From the NCBI GenBank assembly GCA_039794845.1, contig JAUQVK010000101.1:33225-97224 (forward strand): a stretch of 64,000 nucleotides of DNA, read 5' to 3'. The position numbers and the translations under genes were made by a program. Every line of letters starts with the position of its first letter. The stretch's first letter is position 1. A model generated the notes under the pieces. The model was given only the letters and a program-made list of their open reading frames with translations, did not search any database and was not told the origin of the DNA. Of the stretch, positions 11,746-22,918 are shown in pieces. This DNA comes from Thermostichus sp. DRC_bins_24. Lineage in GTDB: Bacteria > Cyanobacteriota > Cyanobacteriia > Thermostichales > Thermostichaceae.

Positions 11746-12054
11746 ATGCCTATTGCAGTTGGAATGATCGAGACCCGCGGATTCCCGGCAGTGGTGGAAG
11801 CCGCCGATGCCATGGTAAAAGCGGCTCGTGTTACCTTGGTCGGCTATGAAAAAATTGGCAGTGGTCGGGTAACGGTGATCGTGCGGGGCGATGTTTCGGA
11901 GGTGCAAGCTTCTGTGGCCGCCGGTTTGGAGTCTGCCAAACGGGTGAGTGGCGGTGAAATTCTTTCCCACCACATCATTGCCCGTCCCCACGAGAACCTG
12001 GAGTTTGTGCTGCCCATCCGGTACACCGAGGCGGTGGAGCAGTTCCGCACCTAG
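11746..12054 (+). CDS. ccmK2: carboxysome shell hexamer CcmK2
   Basis: 102-aa BMC domain with KIGSG pore motif and [14 protein letters not shown]. Confidence 0.92.
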   Translation: MPIAVGMIETRGFPAVVEAADAMVKAARVTLVGYEKIGSGRVTVIVRGDVSEVQASVAAGLESAKRVSGGEILSHHIIARPHENLEFVLPIRYTEAVEQFRT

Positions 12055-12199
12055 AGTTTCTGACGAAGCCGAGGGGCGCTCTGGATCCCTGCGGCAGCGC
12101 CCAAGCTTCCTGCCCATCAGCGAATGCTTGGCTTTCTCCTTGGTCTCGGTCTTGAGACAATTTTGCACCCATTCTTGAATTTCAGCATAAGGAGTACAT

Positions 12200-12541
12200 A
12201 TGGCTATTGCAGTCGGCATGATCGAAACCTTGGGCTTCCCGGCAGTGGTGGAAGCCGCCGATGCCATGGTGAAGGCGGCTCGCGTTACCCTGGTCGGCTA
12301 CGAAAAAATCAGCAGTGGGCGGGTGACGGTGATCGTGCGAGGGGATGTCTCGGAGGTGCAGGCTTCGGTATCTGCCGGGATCGACTCCGTCAAGCGGGTG
12401 AATGGCGGCCAGCTGTTGTCTTGGCACATCATTGCTCGTCCCCATGAAAACCTTGAGTACGTGCTGCCAATTCGCTACACGGAAGATGTGGCCCAGTTCC
12501 GCGAAGGGGTGAATGCCATCCGTCCCTTCACCCGTCCCTGA
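12200..12541 (+). CDS. ccmK1: carboxysome shell hexamer CcmK1
   Basis: BMC domain with the ~11-aa C-terminal extension typical of CcmK1. Confidence 0.9.
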   Translation: MAIAVGMIETLGFPAVVEAADAMVKAARVTLVGYEKISSGRVTVIVRGDVSEVQASVSAGIDSVKRVNGGQLLSWHIIARPHENLEYVLPIRYTEDVAQFREGVNAIRPFTRP

Positions 12542-12840
12542 TGCGTATCGCTATCGTGCGGGGCACCGTCACCAGTACCCAGAAGGATCCCAGCCTGACG
12601 GGGGTGAAGTTTCTGCTGCTGCAATTTGTCGATCTCGAGGGTCAGCCGCAACCCGACTATGCAGTGGCCGCCGATCCGGTAGGGGCTGGTACCGACGAAT
12701 GGGTTCTGGTCAGCCAGGGCAGTGCCGCTCGCCAACCCCAAGGGAATGAAACCCGACCCCTGGATGCCGTGGTGATGGCGATCATCGACACCGTTAGCAT
12801 TGGCGGTCGCTCCCTCTACAACAAGCGCGATCAACGCTAA
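12541..12840 (+). CDS. ccmL: carboxysome vertex pentamer CcmL
   Basis: GTVTSTQK.PSL.G.K, VAAD.VGAG..EWVLV..GSAAR. Confidence 0.95.
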   Translation: MRIAIVRGTVTSTQKDPSLTGVKFLLLQFVDLEGQPQPDYAVAADPVGAGTDEWVLVSQGSAARQPQGNETRPLDAVVMAIIDTVSIGGRSLYNKRDQR

Positions 12841-12900
12841 CTGGGATCCCTCATTTTTCTTCCTTTCCTCTCCCTTGATACGCTTCTGAGGCTCACGGTT

Positions 12901-14892
12901 ATGCCTGTTCGTACCTATGCTGCCCCGCCCACCCCTTGGTCTCGTGATTTGGCGGAGCCTGATATCGACCCTTCTGCCTACGTGCATTCCTTCTCCAACT
13001 TGATTGGGGATGTGCGGGTGGAAGCGCAGGTGCTGATCGCCCCAGGAACTTCCATCCGAGCTGACGAGGGATCCCCTTTCCACATTGGCGAGAGATCCAA
13101 CATTCAGGATGGGGTGGTGATCCACGGTCTGGAGCAGGGGCGAGTGGTGGGGGAAGATGGCAAACCCTACTCCGTCTGGATCGGCAGAAACACCTCCGTT
13201 GCCCACATGGCTCTAATCCATGGGCCGGCCTACGTGGGCAACGACTGCTTCATCGGCTTCCGCTCGACGGTGTTTAATGCCCGGGTTGGGGATGGTTGCA
13301 TCGTCATGTTGCACTGCCTGATCCAAGATGTGGAGATTCCTCCGGGCAAGTATGTGCCCTCCGGCTCCATCATCACCACCCAAGCTGAGGCGGATCGGTT
13401 GCCCAACGTGCAGGACAGCGATGCCAAATTTGCCCAGCATGTGATCGGTATTAATCAAGCCCTGCGAGAGGGCTACCACTGCAGCGAGAATCTGGTCTGT
13501 ATCGCCCCGATCCGCAACGAACTGCAATCGAGAACCCATGACTCAACGGCTACGGAGACTGCAACCATGACTCATCCCTCCCATCGCGCCAACGGCTGGA
13601 ACGGTGGCGGATCCCATCTCAAGCCCGAGGTGGTGGAGCAAATTCGCGCCCTGTTGGCCCAGGGATATCGAGTTGGCTTGGAATATGCCGATGCCCGTCG
13701 CTTCCGTACCTCCTCTTGGCAAAGCGAAAGCCCGATCACCAGCACCCGTGAAGCCGAAGTGGTGCAGTCTTTGGGGGCAATTTTGGCGGAGCACCAGGGA
13801 GAATACGTACGCCTGTTGGGGATCGATCCCAAGGCCAAACGGCGGGTCTTGGAGTTGGTGATTCAAACCCCTGACGGGCCGGCCCAAGGCTCTGGGGTGC
13901 CCACCCGCGTCCCGACGGCCACAGGCTCTGGCTCTGCTGCATCGGGGGCATCTGGTACGGGTTCAAACCTAGAGGAGCAGATTCGCTCGCTGTTGGCACA
14001 GGGGTATCGCATTGGCTTAGAAGCTGCCGATGCCCGTCGTTACCGCACCTCCTCTTGGCAAACCCTGGGCAACTTCAGTGGTCAACCTCGCGACATTTTG
14101 GCCTCGATTCAAACCGCTCTAGCCCAGCATTCAGGGGAGTATGTGCGCCTGTTGGGGATTGATCCCAAGGCCAAGCGGCGGGTCTTGGAACGGGTGATTC
14201 AAACCCCCCAAGGCCGGGTGAGCAGCGGTTCTGCGGCGGTGAGCCATGCTGCTGGGGCTGCCCCATCGGCGGGGAGTGTCGCCGGGTTGGAACTGGGGCT
14301 GCAGGAAGAAGTGCACCGCCTCCTGGCCAAGGGGTACCGGATTGGCTACGAATATGCCGATGAGCGTCGCTTCAAGACCTCTTCCTGGAGGAGCGGCCCC
14401 ACCATTCGCGCCACCCGTGGGCCGGAGGTCTTGGTGAAGCTAGCGGCTGCCTTGGCGGAGCACAGCGGTGAATATGTGCGCCTGATCGGCATCGACCCCA
14501 AGGCCAAAAGGCGTGTGTTCGAGCAGATCGTTCAAACCCCTGGCAGTAAGTCGGCGGTCACGGGTACTGCCCCCACTCCCTCTGCCGCTGCCTCTTCTCC
14601 GGGCCGATCCCACGCCCCTTCCACGTCCACTCGCCTCGATGCCGAGGTTTTGGCTCAAGTGCAGCAGCTGTTGGGTCAGGGCTATCGCATCGGCACCGAA
14701 CATGCCGATAAGCGTCGCTTCCGCACCTCCTCCTGGCAAAGCTGCAGCCCGATCGAAGCAACCCAAATGCCCCAGGTGGTGGCGGCTCTGGAAGCCTGCC
14801 TGGATGAACATCGTGGAGAATACGTGCGCCTGCTGGGCATCGATACCAAGGCGAAACGGCGGGTGCTGGAGCAAATCATCCAAACCCCTTGA
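12901..14892 (+). CDS. ccmM: carboxysome assembly protein CcmM (gamma-CA domain plus four RbcS-like repeats)
   Basis: PPTPWS..., [22 protein letters not shown]; four repeats of GYRIG.E.AD.RRF.TSSW...EYVRL.GID..AKRRV. Confidence 0.97.
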   Translation: MPVRTYAAPPTPWSRDLAEPDIDPSAYVHSFSNLIGDVRVEAQVLIAPGTSIRADEGSPFHIGERSNIQDGVVIHGLEQGRVVGEDGKPYSVWIGRNTSVAHMALIHGPAYVGNDCFIGFRSTVFNARVGDGCIVMLHCLIQDVEIPPGKYVPSGSIITTQAEADRLPNVQDSDAKFAQHVIGINQALREGYHCSENLVCIAPIRNELQSRTHDSTATETATMTHPSHRANGWNGGGSHLKPEVVEQIRALLAQGYRVGLEYADARRFRTSSWQSESPITSTREAEVVQSLGAILAEHQGEYVRLLGIDPKAKRRVLELVIQTPDGPAQGSGVPTRVPTATGSGSAASGASGTGSNLEEQIRSLLAQGYRIGLEAADARRYRTSSWQTLGNFSGQPRDILASIQTALAQHSGEYVRLLGIDPKAKRRVLERVIQTPQGRVSSGSAAVSHAAGAAPSAGSVAGLELGLQEEVHRLLAKGYRIGYEYADERRFKTSSWRSGPTIRATRGPEVLVKLAAALAEHSGEYVRLIGIDPKAKRRVFEQIVQTPGSKSAVTGTAPTPSAAASSPGRSHAPSTSTRLDAEVLAQVQQLLGQGYRIGTEHADKRRFRTSSWQSCSPIEATQMPQVVAALEACLDEHRGEYVRLLGIDTKAKRRVLEQIIQTP

Positions 14893-14949
14893 GGGAGGGA
14901 TCCCTGTGTTTGGTTAACCTCTGTTCGGTTCGAGCCCGACCCCCTAGCA

Positions 14950-15612
14950 ATGAGGAGCATTTTGGCCGCTACTCTGCCAACCCCAATGGCGTTCAGTGTC
15001 TCGCCCGGCAAGATCAGCGAAACCCGCTATTTCGTTAGTGGTGAGGTGCATGTCGAGCCTGGGGCGGGAATCGGGGCAGGAGTGCTGTTGCGGGCCAATC
15101 CCGGCTGTCGCATTCAAATCGGGCGAGGGGTGTGTATTGGTATGGGATCCATCTTGCACGCCTGCGGGGGATCCCTGATCGTCGAAGCCGGTGCCACCTT
15201 GGGAACAGGAGTGTTGGTGATCGGTCAGGGCACCATCGGCAGCAATGCTTGCATTGGCTCGGAGACGACACTGCTGGATTGCTCGATTTTAAGCCAACAG
15301 GTGATTCCCCCCGGCTCTTTGATTGGGGATCCCAGCTATTCCGATGCAGCAACCGCCAGCGACCCCAACCCGCCAGAACCTGCGGAAGCACCCGCATCCT
15401 CAGAACCGACACCCCTTCCACCCCCGAGCTCCCCAGTGGCTAATGTGGAAAAACAAACCCGTCGCTGGCAGGAAGCTGCCGAGCAAGCCGAAGAAAATCC
15501 TCGCTCCAAGAAGCTCCGCAAACGGAACGGGATCCCGGGACATTCCGAGCTGGATCGGCTGCTGGGCAAGATTTATCCCCATCGACAGGCACTCTCCTCC
15601 AACGATGGCTAG
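14950..15612 (+). CDS. ccmN: carboxysome protein CcmN
   Basis: Left-handed beta-helix hexapeptides, Pro-rich linker and C-terminal encapsulation peptide (G..ELDRLL..IYPHR); exact start uncertain. Confidence 0.88.
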   Translation: MRSILAATLPTPMAFSVSPGKISETRYFVSGEVHVEPGAGIGAGVLLRANPGCRIQIGRGVCIGMGSILHACGGSLIVEAGATLGTGVLVIGQGTIGSNACIGSETTLLDCSILSQQVIPPGSLIGDPSYSDAATASDPNPPEPAEAPASSEPTPLPPPSSPVANVEKQTRRWQEAAEQAEENPRSKKLRKRNGIPGHSELDRLLGKIYPHRQALSSNDG

Positions 15613-15631
15613 ACTGGCATGAGTACGTAGG

Positions 15632-16354
15632 ATGCCGATGTCAACCTCTCTGGGCCTGATTCAAACCCGCAGTTTTCCGGTGATTGTGCGCATTGCCGAC
15701 GCCATGACCAAGTCGGCGGGAGTGATGCTGATCGGTTTTGAGAAAACCTCGGGGGGCTACTGCACGGCGATCGTGCGCGGGGGCATTGCCGATGTGCGCA
15801 TTGCCATTGAAGAAGGGATTGAGCTGGCCCGGCATTTTGATCAGGAGGAGCTCTCCAGTTTGGTGATCCCACGTCCCTTGCCCAACCTGGAAGTGGTGCT
15901 GCCGATCAGTAGTAAGCTTTCCCAACTGGCGCAAAACCGGGGCTATAGCCGCCTTAGCAACCTGGCCGTGGGTCTGCTGGAAACCCGGGGTTTTCCGGCA
16001 ATGGTGGGGGCTGCAGATACAATGCTGAAAACCGCTGATGTGCAACTGGCTGCCTATGAGACGATCGGAGATGGCCTCTGTACGGCGATCATACGGGGCA
16101 CTGTAGCCAATGTGGCCATTGCCATCGATGCGGGCATGTACGAAGCAGAACGGATTGGGGAGCTGCACGCCATTGCCGTCATCCCGCGTCCCCTCGACGA
16201 GTTGGAACAAGCCCTGCCCGTGGCCAGTTGTTTCGTGGCTCAGCCCGTCAGTCTGCCTGTGGCCATTCCCCAGGTCCAGGAACAGGAGGTGCAACGCAGC
16301 GAAACTGCAGTGGAGCGGATTCCGGTGTATCTAGAGCCGCCTGAAACTCCCTAG
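15632..16354 (+). CDS. ccmO: tandem-BMC shell protein CcmO
   Basis: Two BMC domains (SFP.IV..AD.M.KSA; ETRGFPAMVGAAD.MLK). Confidence 0.92.
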   Translation: MPMSTSLGLIQTRSFPVIVRIADAMTKSAGVMLIGFEKTSGGYCTAIVRGGIADVRIAIEEGIELARHFDQEELSSLVIPRPLPNLEVVLPISSKLSQLAQNRGYSRLSNLAVGLLETRGFPAMVGAADTMLKTADVQLAAYETIGDGLCTAIIRGTVANVAIAIDAGMYEAERIGELHAIAVIPRPLDELEQALPVASCFVAQPVSLPVAIPQVQEQEVQRSETAVERIPVYLEPPETP

Positions 16355-16642
16355 GCCTTGAGGCAGATCACCGACCGATAGCCCCGAGCAGAGGGATCCC
16401 TACCTGCTGGGGGAAAAGTGCTAGGCTATTTAAAGACCTGGGTCCGTGCGGCTCCGACGCCTAAACCGTGTCAGGATCGGAAGATAGCAGCACCACGGGA
16501 TGCTTTGAGCAGGCGCGTCAACCCGGGTCGCCGTTTCCGCTTAGCCCCCAACTTGTCAAGGGAGTGCTGGGTAATGGATTTTTTGTTTTGTTGTTGTTGA
16601 TTTGTCAATATCTGAGTCCACCAACCAGCACACGGGCAACCC

Positions 16643-17047
16643 ATGGCTGAGACCAACAATCCCATCGCCAATTTTGCCCAGAAGGCCCTTTATCTCGGCA
16701 TGGGGCTGGCCGCTGTGGCGGCGGATAACGCTGCAAAGGTCGCGGGCAGGGCGGGTAGCCGTCTGGCTGAGTTGCGCAAGCAAGCCCAAGCTTTGGTGGA
16801 TGAGTTGGTGGAACGGGGGGCGATGAGCGCAGAAGAGGCGCGAGCCTTCATGGACACCGTGGCTGCTCAAGCCGGTCGCAAGGGGGAGGAGGGGCAAGCT
16901 TCAGGCCCACGCAAGATCAGCATTGACGATATCGGTGACGAAGCGGATGGAGCCAGCACCGCCATCGAGCTCTCGGAAGCAGCCCGCCTACGCCAGCAAA
17001 TCGCAGAATTACAAGCAGAGTTGGATCGGATCAAAGGCAAATCTTGA
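16643..17047 (+). CDS. phasin/granule-associated-like coiled-coil protein
   Basis: QKA.YLG.GLA...LVDELV.RG.M..EEAR.F.D and a C-terminal coiled coil. Confidence 0.7.
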   Translation: MAETNNPIANFAQKALYLGMGLAAVAADNAAKVAGRAGSRLAELRKQAQALVDELVERGAMSAEEARAFMDTVAAQAGRKGEEGQASGPRKISIDDIGDEADGASTAIELSEAARLRQQIAELQAELDRIKGKS

Positions 17048-17153
17048 ACAGGATCCCTGCCAGATTGATTTGCTCTCTTGGGAAGTTCACAGCCACGCTC
17101 ATATCCAGGTGGGCAAAAGAGAGATAGCTCGGTTCCCAACCGTTGGAGGGATC

Positions 17154-18470
17154 CTACCGTCGTGAAGCGGTGGGCAGCAGGATCCCGTCTTCAGAGAGAA
17201 ACCTTGGGCTTAAGAAAGGCTGCAAGGCCTTGGGAATGCGAATGGTACCGTCCGGCTGCTGGTGATTTTCCAGCAGGGCAGCCAGAGAGCGCCCCACCGC
17301 TAACCCCGAGCCATTGAGGGTATGAACAAACTGCGTTCCTTTCTGGCCGGTTTCTTTACAGCGCAGATTGGCCCGTCGGGCTTGAAAATCCCAGCAATTG
17401 GAGCAACTAGAGATCTCGCGGTACTGATTTTGTGAGGGGAACCACACCTCTAGGTCGAAGCAACGGGCCGCTGAAAAGCCCAAGTCGCCGGTACACAACT
17501 CCACCACTCGGTAGGGCAACTCCAGCATTTGCAAAATGGCTTCGGCATCTTGCACCAGTTTTTCGTGCTCGGCTTCCGATTGGTCGGGATGGGTCACTTT
17601 CACCATCTCCACTTTTTGAAATTGGTGCAACCGGATCAACCCCTTGGTGTCGCGGCCGTAGCTGCCGGCCTCCCGTCGAAAACAGGGGGTATGGGCACAA
17701 AAGTAAAAGGGCAGCTGCTCGGCCGGGATCACCTCATCACGGTACAGGTTGGTGAGGGGTACTTCAGCGGTGGGAACTAACCACAGATCGTCGTCGGCAC
17801 AGCGAAAGCCATCTTCGGCAAACTTGGGCAGTTGCCCCGTTCCCTGCAGGGCGGCGCTGTTGACCAAAAAGGGTGGGATCACCTCGGTATAGCCAGCCCC
17901 AATGTGACGATCCAGCATCATGGCGATCAAAGCGCGCTCTAGGGCTGCCCCTGCCCCAACCATGGCCACAAAGCGACTTTGGGCCACCTTGACCGCACGG
18001 CCAAAATCCAGCAATCCCCATTGTTCGGCAATCTCGTCGTGGGGCAAAACCGGGTGGGCGGGTTTGAGGGCATCTCCCCAGCGGCGCACCTCTGGGTTAT
18101 CGGTTTCGTCTTTCCCCACCGGCACCATCGGCAGAGGTAAGTTGGGTAAGGTGAGCAGCTGAGCCTCGATGTGGGCGTCAAGATCTCGTTCTTGTTGCTC
18201 CAATTGGGCGATCTCGGCTTTGAGATCCACCCCCCGTTGCCGTAGGGCTGCTACTTCGGATCCCTTGGGATCAGCTCCCCGGCGGACGAGATCGCCAACT
18301 TTCTTGCCGATGCTGTTGCTTTCCGCCTGCAGGGATCCCCGTCGAGTTTCCAACTGCCGCCGTTCCACATCCAATTTCAGGATCAGATCCAGATCAACCA
18401 CGGCCCGCCGATGTTGTAGAGCCTGCCGCACGGTTTCAGGATGATCCCGCAGTAGCTTCAGATCGAGCAC
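17154..18470 (-). CDS. serS: serine--tRNA ligase
   Basis: [50 protein letters not shown]. Confidence 0.97.
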   Translation of the reverse strand: MLDLKLLRDHPETVRQALQHRRAVVDLDLILKLDVERRQLETRRGSLQAESNSIGKKVGDLVRRGADPKGSEVAALRQRGVDLKAEIAQLEQQERDLDAHIEAQLLTLPNLPLPMVPVGKDETDNPEVRRWGDALKPAHPVLPHDEIAEQWGLLDFGRAVKVAQSRFVAMVGAGAALERALIAMMLDRHIGAGYTEVIPPFLVNSAALQGTGQLPKFAEDGFRCADDDLWLVPTAEVPLTNLYRDEVIPAEQLPFYFCAHTPCFRREAGSYGRDTKGLIRLHQFQKVEMVKVTHPDQSEAEHEKLVQDAEAILQMLELPYRVVELCTGDLGFSAARCFDLEVWFPSQNQYREISSCSNCWDFQARRANLRCKETGQKGTQFVHTLNGSGLAVGRSLAALLENHQQPDGTIRIPKALQPFLSPRFLSEDGILLPTASRR

Positions 18471-18489
18471 AGGGATAGCCTACTTCCGC

Positions 18490-19521
<1,032 letters not shown>

Positions 19522-19543
19522 CTAGAATACCAGGATCCGAGGG

Positions 19544-19700
19544 ATCCCTCTCTACAAAAATGGGTAAACTACCCGACTCCGACCGCTAAGCAGTACAGCG
19601 CGGGCTTTCAGCAGCCCTCCAGTTATCTCGCAAGACAACCAGGAACCTCCAGGGCGGTTTACAAGCGCCCCGATTGATTGAATGTTCTTTGCACCGTTAA
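19544..19700 (-). ncRNA. predicted omega-RNA (reRNA) overlapping the tnpB 3' end; guide from the flank CCATTTTTGTAGAGAGGGAT; 5' end unknown
   Basis: Inferred from established TnpB biology and the position of the right-end hairpin. Confidence 0.55.
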
Positions 19701-20766
19701 AATCCGCATCCCCTTGCCAACCGCAATGCCCACAAGCAAACTTCTTCCCCTGCCGATACGATTCACCCTGTTCGGGATGAATGTGCAAGCATTGGTGGCA
19801 AATCTGGCTGGTATAGGCAGGGTTGACCAAGATCAGCTTCACGCCTTCTCTCAGACACTTATAGGTCAAAAAGAGGCGAAGCTGGTAGAACGCCCAACTA
19901 TTACTGCGCCTACGCTCCGTTTTGTTGCGAGGCTGTTGGTTGGTTCGCTCTCGGATGCCGGTCAAATCCTCCAAGGCGATGCTGGCAGACAGAGATTTGG
20001 CAGTTTCAACGATGCGTCTCGAAACAGTATGACTCACCCAACTTTGGAACCGACGCTCACCACCAGACAACCGTTGCAGCAATCCACGCACTCGGCGGCG
20101 TGTACTGCGTGTGCCCTTACTGGCTTTGTGCTGGAGCTTGGCTCTCAAGTTGGCCAAGTGGTCTCGAACTTTGGTTATGGCTTGTCCATTCCAGTGCTGT
20201 CCCTCCGAAGTGTGAGCAATATCGGTACGCCCCAAATCTACGCCCAAAACCTGATTCCTCTCTTGCGGCTCTGGCGACTCTGCCTCCAGACAAATTTGGA
20301 GATAGTAGGAACCCTCTTGCCGCTTCACCAGAGTGGCAGACTTGGGGTGAGAGCCTTTCAGCATTCCCCGTTGGTAGTTGCCGATTGCTAGTTCAAACCG
20401 CTCACGCCCATCAACGGTGGTAATCGAAGCCGTCCAGTCTTTCTCCCGAAACGAGAAAATCCGAGCGTCATAGGTAACAAAGCCCGTCTTGAACGCTTTG
20501 ACCGGGCGATGCTTTTGTTTGGCCACTTGGCGAGAACCGGCAACTCGCCTGCACACCTGTTGAGCCAAGTTGCTCGACAGGCCAAAGCGAGCGCGAATCT
20601 CGTAGTAGCAAAGGGATTGCAGCTTAACTGCATTGACTATCTTCTCCGGTGTGTTCTGGTTCACCCAGTTCAACGCCTGCCCAAAAGCATCCAGAGTCGC
20701 ATCCAGTTTTGCGGCCTGCGATTCGGATACCTTGAGCTTGCAAGAGATAGTCAGGACTTGGTTCAT
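19552..20766 (-). CDS. tnpB: IS200/IS605-family RNA-guided endonuclease TnpB
   Basis: RuvC-I GVDLG, RuvC-II IALEDL, zinc finger CHQC...CGHC and RuvC-III DADFNGAKNI. Confidence 0.95.
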   Translation of the reverse strand: MNQVLTISCKLKVSESQAAKLDATLDAFGQALNWVNQNTPEKIVNAVKLQSLCYYEIRARFGLSSNLAQQVCRRVAGSRQVAKQKHRPVKAFKTGFVTYDARIFSFREKDWTASITTVDGRERFELAIGNYQRGMLKGSHPKSATLVKRQEGSYYLQICLEAESPEPQERNQVLGVDLGRTDIAHTSEGQHWNGQAITKVRDHLANLRAKLQHKASKGTRSTRRRVRGLLQRLSGGERRFQSWVSHTVSRRIVETAKSLSASIALEDLTGIRERTNQQPRNKTERRRSNSWAFYQLRLFLTYKCLREGVKLILVNPAYTSQICHQCLHIHPEQGESYRQGKKFACGHCGWQGDADFNGAKNIQSIGALVNRPGGSWLSCEITGGLLKARAVLLSGRSRVVYPFL

Positions 20767-20856
20767 CCCTCCACTTTATTTCATCCCGCTGCCAGCGGCG
20801 CATTCCTCCCGAGACCCACCCTAAAGGGTAGGGTGCGGGGCTCCTGCTGCCCTAGC
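19564..20856 (-). mobile_element. non-autonomous (tnpB-only, IS1341-like) IS200/IS605 element; left boundary approximate
   Basis: Right end on the minus strand reads AAAG-CCCG...CGGG-TAGT-TTAC and ends at 19564; left-end hairpin CCCG-CACCCTACCCT...AGGGTGGGT-CTCGGG at about 20808-20840; no tnpA present. Confidence 0.75.
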
Positions 20857-21144
20857 TGAAGAGCGTTGTCGAATCAGCTCAGCCAAAATGGCCTCCTGGC
20901 GTTCTTGCCCTGCCGCTAAACTGCGCAGAATGGCTTCGTGCCGTTCTTGTCCTGCGACCAAGCTTTGTAGCAATTGACCTTGCTGAACCTGGGTGGTTTT
21001 GATTTCCTGGATAGCTGTGGTGACCACACCAGCCCATTCGGCAAAATGAGCCAAGTCGGCACGAGTTTCACTGACCACGCCCCTGAGATCATCCAAGCCT
21101 CTGGCAAGTAGGGCAAACCGTTCGTTCAGTTCTTCGTTGGTCAT
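20821..21144 (-). CDS. hypothetical coiled-coil protein with a 14-aa tandem repeat; C-terminus runs into the IS left end
   Basis: LQSLVAGQERHEAI / LRSLAAGQERQEAI repeat. Confidence 0.65.
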   Translation of the reverse strand: MTNEELNERFALLARGLDDLRGVVSETRADLAHFAEWAGVVTTAIQEIKTTQVQQGQLLQSLVAGQERHEAILRSLAAGQERQEAILAELIRQRSSARAAGAPHPTL

Positions 21145-21197
21145 ATTGTTGGTTCAAATCTTATTCCCAGCTTAGACGAACCCCCCTACGGAAGCGT

Positions 21198-21707
21198 TCA
21201 ACGCTCATCCACCCCCAATTGCCGCAGCAGTTGTTGCAGAATGGTTTGATCGGCAAAGTTACCACTCTTCGAGAACAGGGCCATTGCCTCACGAAAATCG
21301 GCCATAGCAGCTTCTCGATTTCCCAGTTGCAGGTGGGCAACCCCACGACTAAAGTAGGCCTCTGGGATCCCTGCATCCAAACGAATCGCTTCATCGGCGT
21401 CGGCCAGGGCTTCTTCAGGTAGGCGCATTTGATTGTAAACATAGCTGCGATTCACATAAGCAGGGGCATAACCGGGATCCAGCTGCAAGGCCCGATCCAG
21501 ATCCTCCAAAGCGCCCAGGCTATCTCCGCGCAGCAGTTTAAGGGATCCCTGCCAATTGAGGTGAGCGGCGGTTCCAGAAGAGGATACAGGTGGGGTGGCT
21601 ATTAACGAGGTAGGCAAAGGGTTGGCAGGAGGGCTTGCGGGGATCCCCACCCAACCAGCTAAGCTCATCAAGCCCAAAAACCAAACGTTACCCAACCTTT
21701 TTTTCAT
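21198..21707 (-). CDS. secreted TPR-repeat protein
   Basis: Signal-like MKKRLGNVWFLGLMSLAG; TPR units (ALEDLDRALQLDPGYAPAYVNR; AYFSRG). Confidence 0.85.
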   Translation of the reverse strand: MKKRLGNVWFLGLMSLAGWVGIPASPPANPLPTSLIATPPVSSSGTAAHLNWQGSLKLLRGDSLGALEDLDRALQLDPGYAPAYVNRSYVYNQMRLPEEALADADEAIRLDAGIPEAYFSRGVAHLQLGNREAAMADFREAMALFSKSGNFADQTILQQLLRQLGVDER

Positions 21708-21709
21708 TC

Positions 21710-22063
21710 TTACCCCTCTTCTTCTAACTCCAAAACCAGACTGGGCATCAGCCGTTGCAAATTCTTGAGGGACTTCCCCTGCCAAGGGATCCCTTTGGAT
21801 CCCAAAACCGTAATTTGAGGTTTGCCCTGCTGGCGAATGCGCACAATAAACTTTGAGAGCATGTTGATGCCGGAACTGTTGAGAAACTGAAGCTGGCGCA
21901 GATCCAATTTCATCGTTTCCGGTTGCTGGCCTGCCGCTTCATTCAGCAACTGAGCCACAGGAGCATATTCTTCTGTACCTGCCAAACGCAGGGATCCCTG
22001 ACAACGCACCGTACCTGAGGCCGCATCATAGTGGATTTGATAATCTTCTGCCTGAATCTCCAT
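21710..22063 (-). CDS. Slr1659-superfamily STAS-like regulator
   Basis: G.LRL....EY, L.FLNSSGINMLSKF, IPWQ.KSL.NLQRL. Confidence 0.82.
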   Translation of the reverse strand: MEIQAEDYQIHYDAASGTVRCQGSLRLAGTEEYAPVAQLLNEAAGQQPETMKLDLRQLQFLNSSGINMLSKFIVRIRQQGKPQITVLGSKGIPWQGKSLKNLQRLMPSLVLELEEEG

Positions 22064-22115
22064 GGTCTCTTCGGCTCCTTTGATTCATCCTTGGTAAATT
22101 CAAAAAAAGCACTTC

Positions 22116-22676
22116 TTAGAGCGACTCTGAGCGCAGCTGCACCATCGTCGAGACTGCGACACCATTGGGATCGGCGTCTTCAAACTTCCAGCCCAACTCC
22201 GCTTGGTAGTCGTTGATCATACTGAGAAAACCCAATCCCGATTGGTTAGAGTCTTCCTCTTCGGCATTTTGCTCCAGGTGTCGCAGCCAAAGTTCAGCAG
22301 GATCGGATTCCGTTAGCTCTCTCAGAAAGCTTTGAAAGGTTTGCACCTGCTGTTTAGCAATGCTGTTGTTGGTGAGAAAAACCAACCTATCTCGATATAA
22401 ATAAAGGGCAATAGTTACCGGAAAATCAGAAGACTGATCGCTATATTTCATGGCATTTTCGATCAGCTCATTGGCAATAAAACTCACTGCACTTTTGACG
22501 GTAACCACACTCTCACCCGGAAAAAAGGTAGCCATGTAGTCTGCCATAAAATTGGCCGAAAGACCATTGTTGCGCCAGCGTTCTTTAAGGGGTACTGAAG
22601 TGGGGGAAAATCTCAGGATCAGATACTCGTTGCCCTGAGGGAGATCCTCTCGGTAATCGCCAAAGATTTGGTTCAT
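22116..22676 (-). CDS. Slr1658-superfamily (DUF6272, HATPase-like) regulator
   Basis: RWRNNGLSA.F.ADY, NEL.ENAMKY, SGLGFL.MINDY...LGWKF. Confidence 0.82.
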   Translation of the reverse strand: MNQIFGDYREDLPQGNEYLILRFSPTSVPLKERWRNNGLSANFMADYMATFFPGESVVTVKSAVSFIANELIENAMKYSDQSSDFPVTIALYLYRDRLVFLTNNSIAKQQVQTFQSFLRELTESDPAELWLRHLEQNAEEEDSNQSGLGFLSMINDYQAELGWKFEDADPNGVAVSTMVQLRSESL

Positions 22677-22918
22677 AGGTTCAAGTCCTGCTGGGGATTG
22701 ATGGAAAGCTCGACCTGCCGGGGCATTAAAGCCAGAATTACCCCGGCATATTCTCCCTCTTCGTAACGCTATCCGTATAAAGAACTACCACATCCCCGCG
22801 ACTCAATTCCAGCTTGAGGGCAGACCGTTGCGCCAAAAGCACGCTAGGAGGCGTCAGCGGAGCGGAGTCCTTGAACGCTAAAATAGCTTGGGCTATCTAT
22901 TCAGACGGAACCAGTACC

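Noticed and set aside
11746..14892. Nucleotide repeats in ccmK2/ccmK1 and within ccmM
   Set aside because: Explained by paralogy and the RbcS-like domain repeats; not CRISPR or mobile DNA.
19552..20766. TnpB as a nuclease-dead RNA-guided repressor (TldR-like) or a Cas12 with an array
   Set aside because: All three RuvC acidic residues are present, IS ends flank it, and there is no repeat-spacer array.
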